From Azolla caroliniana (taxonomy: Eukaryota > Plantae > Polypodiophyta), in assembly GCA_043228905.1 (NCBI GenBank), contig JBHGNT010000009.1, positions 12,772,001 through 12,836,000 of the forward strand: a stretch of DNA of 64,000 nt. Reading direction: 5' to 3'. Numbering within the stretch: position 1 is the first letter of the stretch; each line of letters starts with the position of its first letter. Of the stretch, positions 61,769-64,000 are shown piece by piece. The notes under the pieces are model-generated. The model was not told where the DNA came from. It made no database searches and worked only from the letters and a program-made list of their open reading frames with translations. The position numbers and the translations under genes were made by a program.

Positions 61769-64000
61769 TGTAGAAAGTAGTGTGCGGAAGCAAGTATGAA
61801 GACAGAACAGAGGAAGGAAACACAGATTTAATGGAGAGCTTGGGCTTACGCAGTATACGTGGGAGAGACAGAGAGAAAGATCAAAAACTATATTTCACAA
61901 TAATACTCAATCTCTGTGTACATAAGACGTGCTCCGTGAGCACTTTTATACAAGTCCTAGAAGGACTGACCGAAGTACTGACAGTACTTCAATGCTCATC
62001 AAGAGCCCCTACACTAACTCCCAAATATATTCCTCACGGAATATCTTCCCTAACGACCTCCCGGTTTACGCACTCAGCCTAACCGATCGGTCCCAGCCGA
62101 TCTGGCCGATGTTGAGCTTGTCTCTCAATACTCCCCCTCGAGCTCAACTTGAGGTTCTTCGGGATCTTCACAGCACCGGTTCCTCCTGGCTTCTCGCCTC
62201 GCTCGCTCTCCTCGACCTGTTCGACTCCGGGCGCTTCGACCCTTCCGGTCGGCTTGTATGCTCATGCAGCCCTTATAAGCTCTTCCGCTGTTGCGGTGTC
62301 GACGCTTCTCCTACTGCCTTTTCTTCCGCTTGGGCCTCGGTTGATTCAGCCTGTCTGAATCAAACATCCGAACCGACTCGGCTACCTCCGATCGGTTTTC
62401 GCTCTCGTCCGAGTTGGTTGTCTCCAACTCGTCTTCGGTTTTCTCGCCCTTGATGGCGTCATCTCCCCTATCCGTGGTTGGCTTCGGCGCTCTCCTTCTG
62501 TCCTCTTCTGAACTTTTCCGCGGGTCCGCCCTCGGCTTCTTCAGCCGATCCGTCTTCAACCGAGTCAACAAACGAGTCAACCGACTCGGTGTCATGGTCA
62601 CTGCTCCTTTCCTGCTGCCTTGCTTGGTCGTTCGGGACTGGGACTGTTCTCCCCCTCAAGTTCGGCACGTCGAGATGACGCAACCCGAGCGCACTTGAGA
62701 ATTGCCGCAACTTGTCCAGACCAAGAGGCTTGGTGAAGATGTCGGCAGTCTGTCGATCCGTCGGAACGTACTGAAGTTCGACTTCACCGGAAAGGACACG
62801 CTCACGGACGAAATGGTAGTGCACCTCAATGTGCTTGGTCCGTGCGTGGAAGACGGGGTTCTTCACGAGCTGGATGCTGCTGAGGTTGTCGCAGTAGATC
62901 GTCGTTGGATCAGACACCTCCTCTTGCAGGTCCTTAAGTAGCCGCTTCAACCATATGGCTTCGCATGTCGCGACAGCCGCTCCTCGGTACTCCGCTTGAG
63001 TGCTCGACAGTGCAACTATCGGCTGCTTCTTACTGCTCCACACGATCGCGGCACTCCCGAGGGAGAACGCGTATCCAGACGTGGATCGGCGATCGGCGGC
63101 GTTGCCAGCCCAATCAACATCGGTGTAGCCGACTAACTACACGGCTGCACCGGTCCGATATAGCAGTACTCAGTCCTTAGTTCCACTTACGTACTGCAGT
63201 ACGTGTTGCGCACACTGAAGGTGCTCCTCGGTAGGTCGTGCCATGAACTGACTGATCACCCCGACCGGATAGCTGAGGTCGGGTCGGGTGATGGTCAAGT
63301 ATATGAGGCTTCCGACAATTTGTCGGAACCTCGTCGGGTCGCATACCTTTCCCGTATTGGGACGAAGCTTGATGGTTCTGTCCAGAGAAGTCGAGACGGT
63401 CTTACAGTCGGCCATCCCGAATTTGAAGAGCATACTCAACACGTAATGACGTTGGCTGATCAATATGCCTTCGGAGGTACAGATCACCTCGATCCCGAGG
63501 AAGTAATGAAGGTCTCCCAGATCCTTCATGTCGAACGATGCCGCAAGCTGGAGCTTCACGCGGTCGATTTCACCGAGGTCGGCGCCGGTGATGACCAAGT
63601 CATTAACATACAGTAAAATACTAACCGGTCCGAGTCGACCTTTCCGGATGAACAGGGAAGAGTCCGATTTTGACGTGACGAAGCCCATCCGACGCAGTTG
63701 TTGCGTGATCTTCGCGTTCCAGGCACACGGGGCTTGCTTTAGTCCGTAAAGAGACTTCTTCAGTCGGCACACTGCCGAGGAGTTCGTTCCGGAGTGAAAT
63801 ACGGGGGGTTGTACCATGTACACCTCAAGGTCACCTTGCAGGAACGCATTCTTTACATCCATCTGATTTAAGTGCCACCCCTTGGCCGCGGCTACTGCGA
63901 GCAAAAAACCAACGGTCGTCATTTTTGCAACCGGCGCAAACGTCTCATCGTAGTCGATGTCGTGTTTCTGCGCATAGCCCTTTGCCAATAGCCGAGCCTT
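61769..64000 (-). mobile_element. Ty1/Copia element G (F-related), 3' end: RT-RH, 3' extension and 3' LTR 61769-62130
   Basis: [33 protein letters not shown]; PPT 62131-62141; LTR starts TGTAGAAAG exactly where the A/A' similarity stops. Confidence 0.9.

Overview
The window is almost entirely a nested transposable-element cluster from a eukaryotic plant genome. The element mix (Tcn1-like chromovirus, tRNA-Trp-primed Gypsy, Athila-like Gypsy, RTEX/CR1-type LINE) suggests a non-seed plant such as a fern or lycophyte; this is inference. No host housekeeping gene, RNA gene or CRISPR array is supported. I resolve about 15 insertions. Athila-like Gypsy: A 1-9354, J ~48116-55267, A' 55268-61768. Tcn1-like Gypsy: K 9834-~25365. 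tRNA-Trp-primed Gypsy: C 11577-24150, D ~25964-32133, E 32679-33473. Copia: B 2162-7490, H 14186-19664, F 32664-47075, G 61769-end, plus a solo LTR and relics. There is also an 8.2-kb TIR DNA element (37425-45662) containing a LINE with an intact ORF2. The most interesting observations are: (1) the transposase-less TIR element has GGG..CCC ends and a 4-bp TSD (Sola2-like) and carries a probably spliced gene of unknown function with a motif resembling the extra 3' ORF of the Athila-like elements; (2) a G GAU UUU UAG -1 frameshift signal between protease and RT is conserved in C and D; (3) an LTR forms a fold-back with 320-bp arms, joined exactly at the PBS; (4) Copia F is flanked by a ~71-76 bp duplication instead of a 5-bp TSD; (5) the Trp-primed family shows 4-bp ACG(G/T) target sites; (6) several unrelated families are strongly enriched in CCGG. 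All family assignments are by eye from motifs and need database confirmation.
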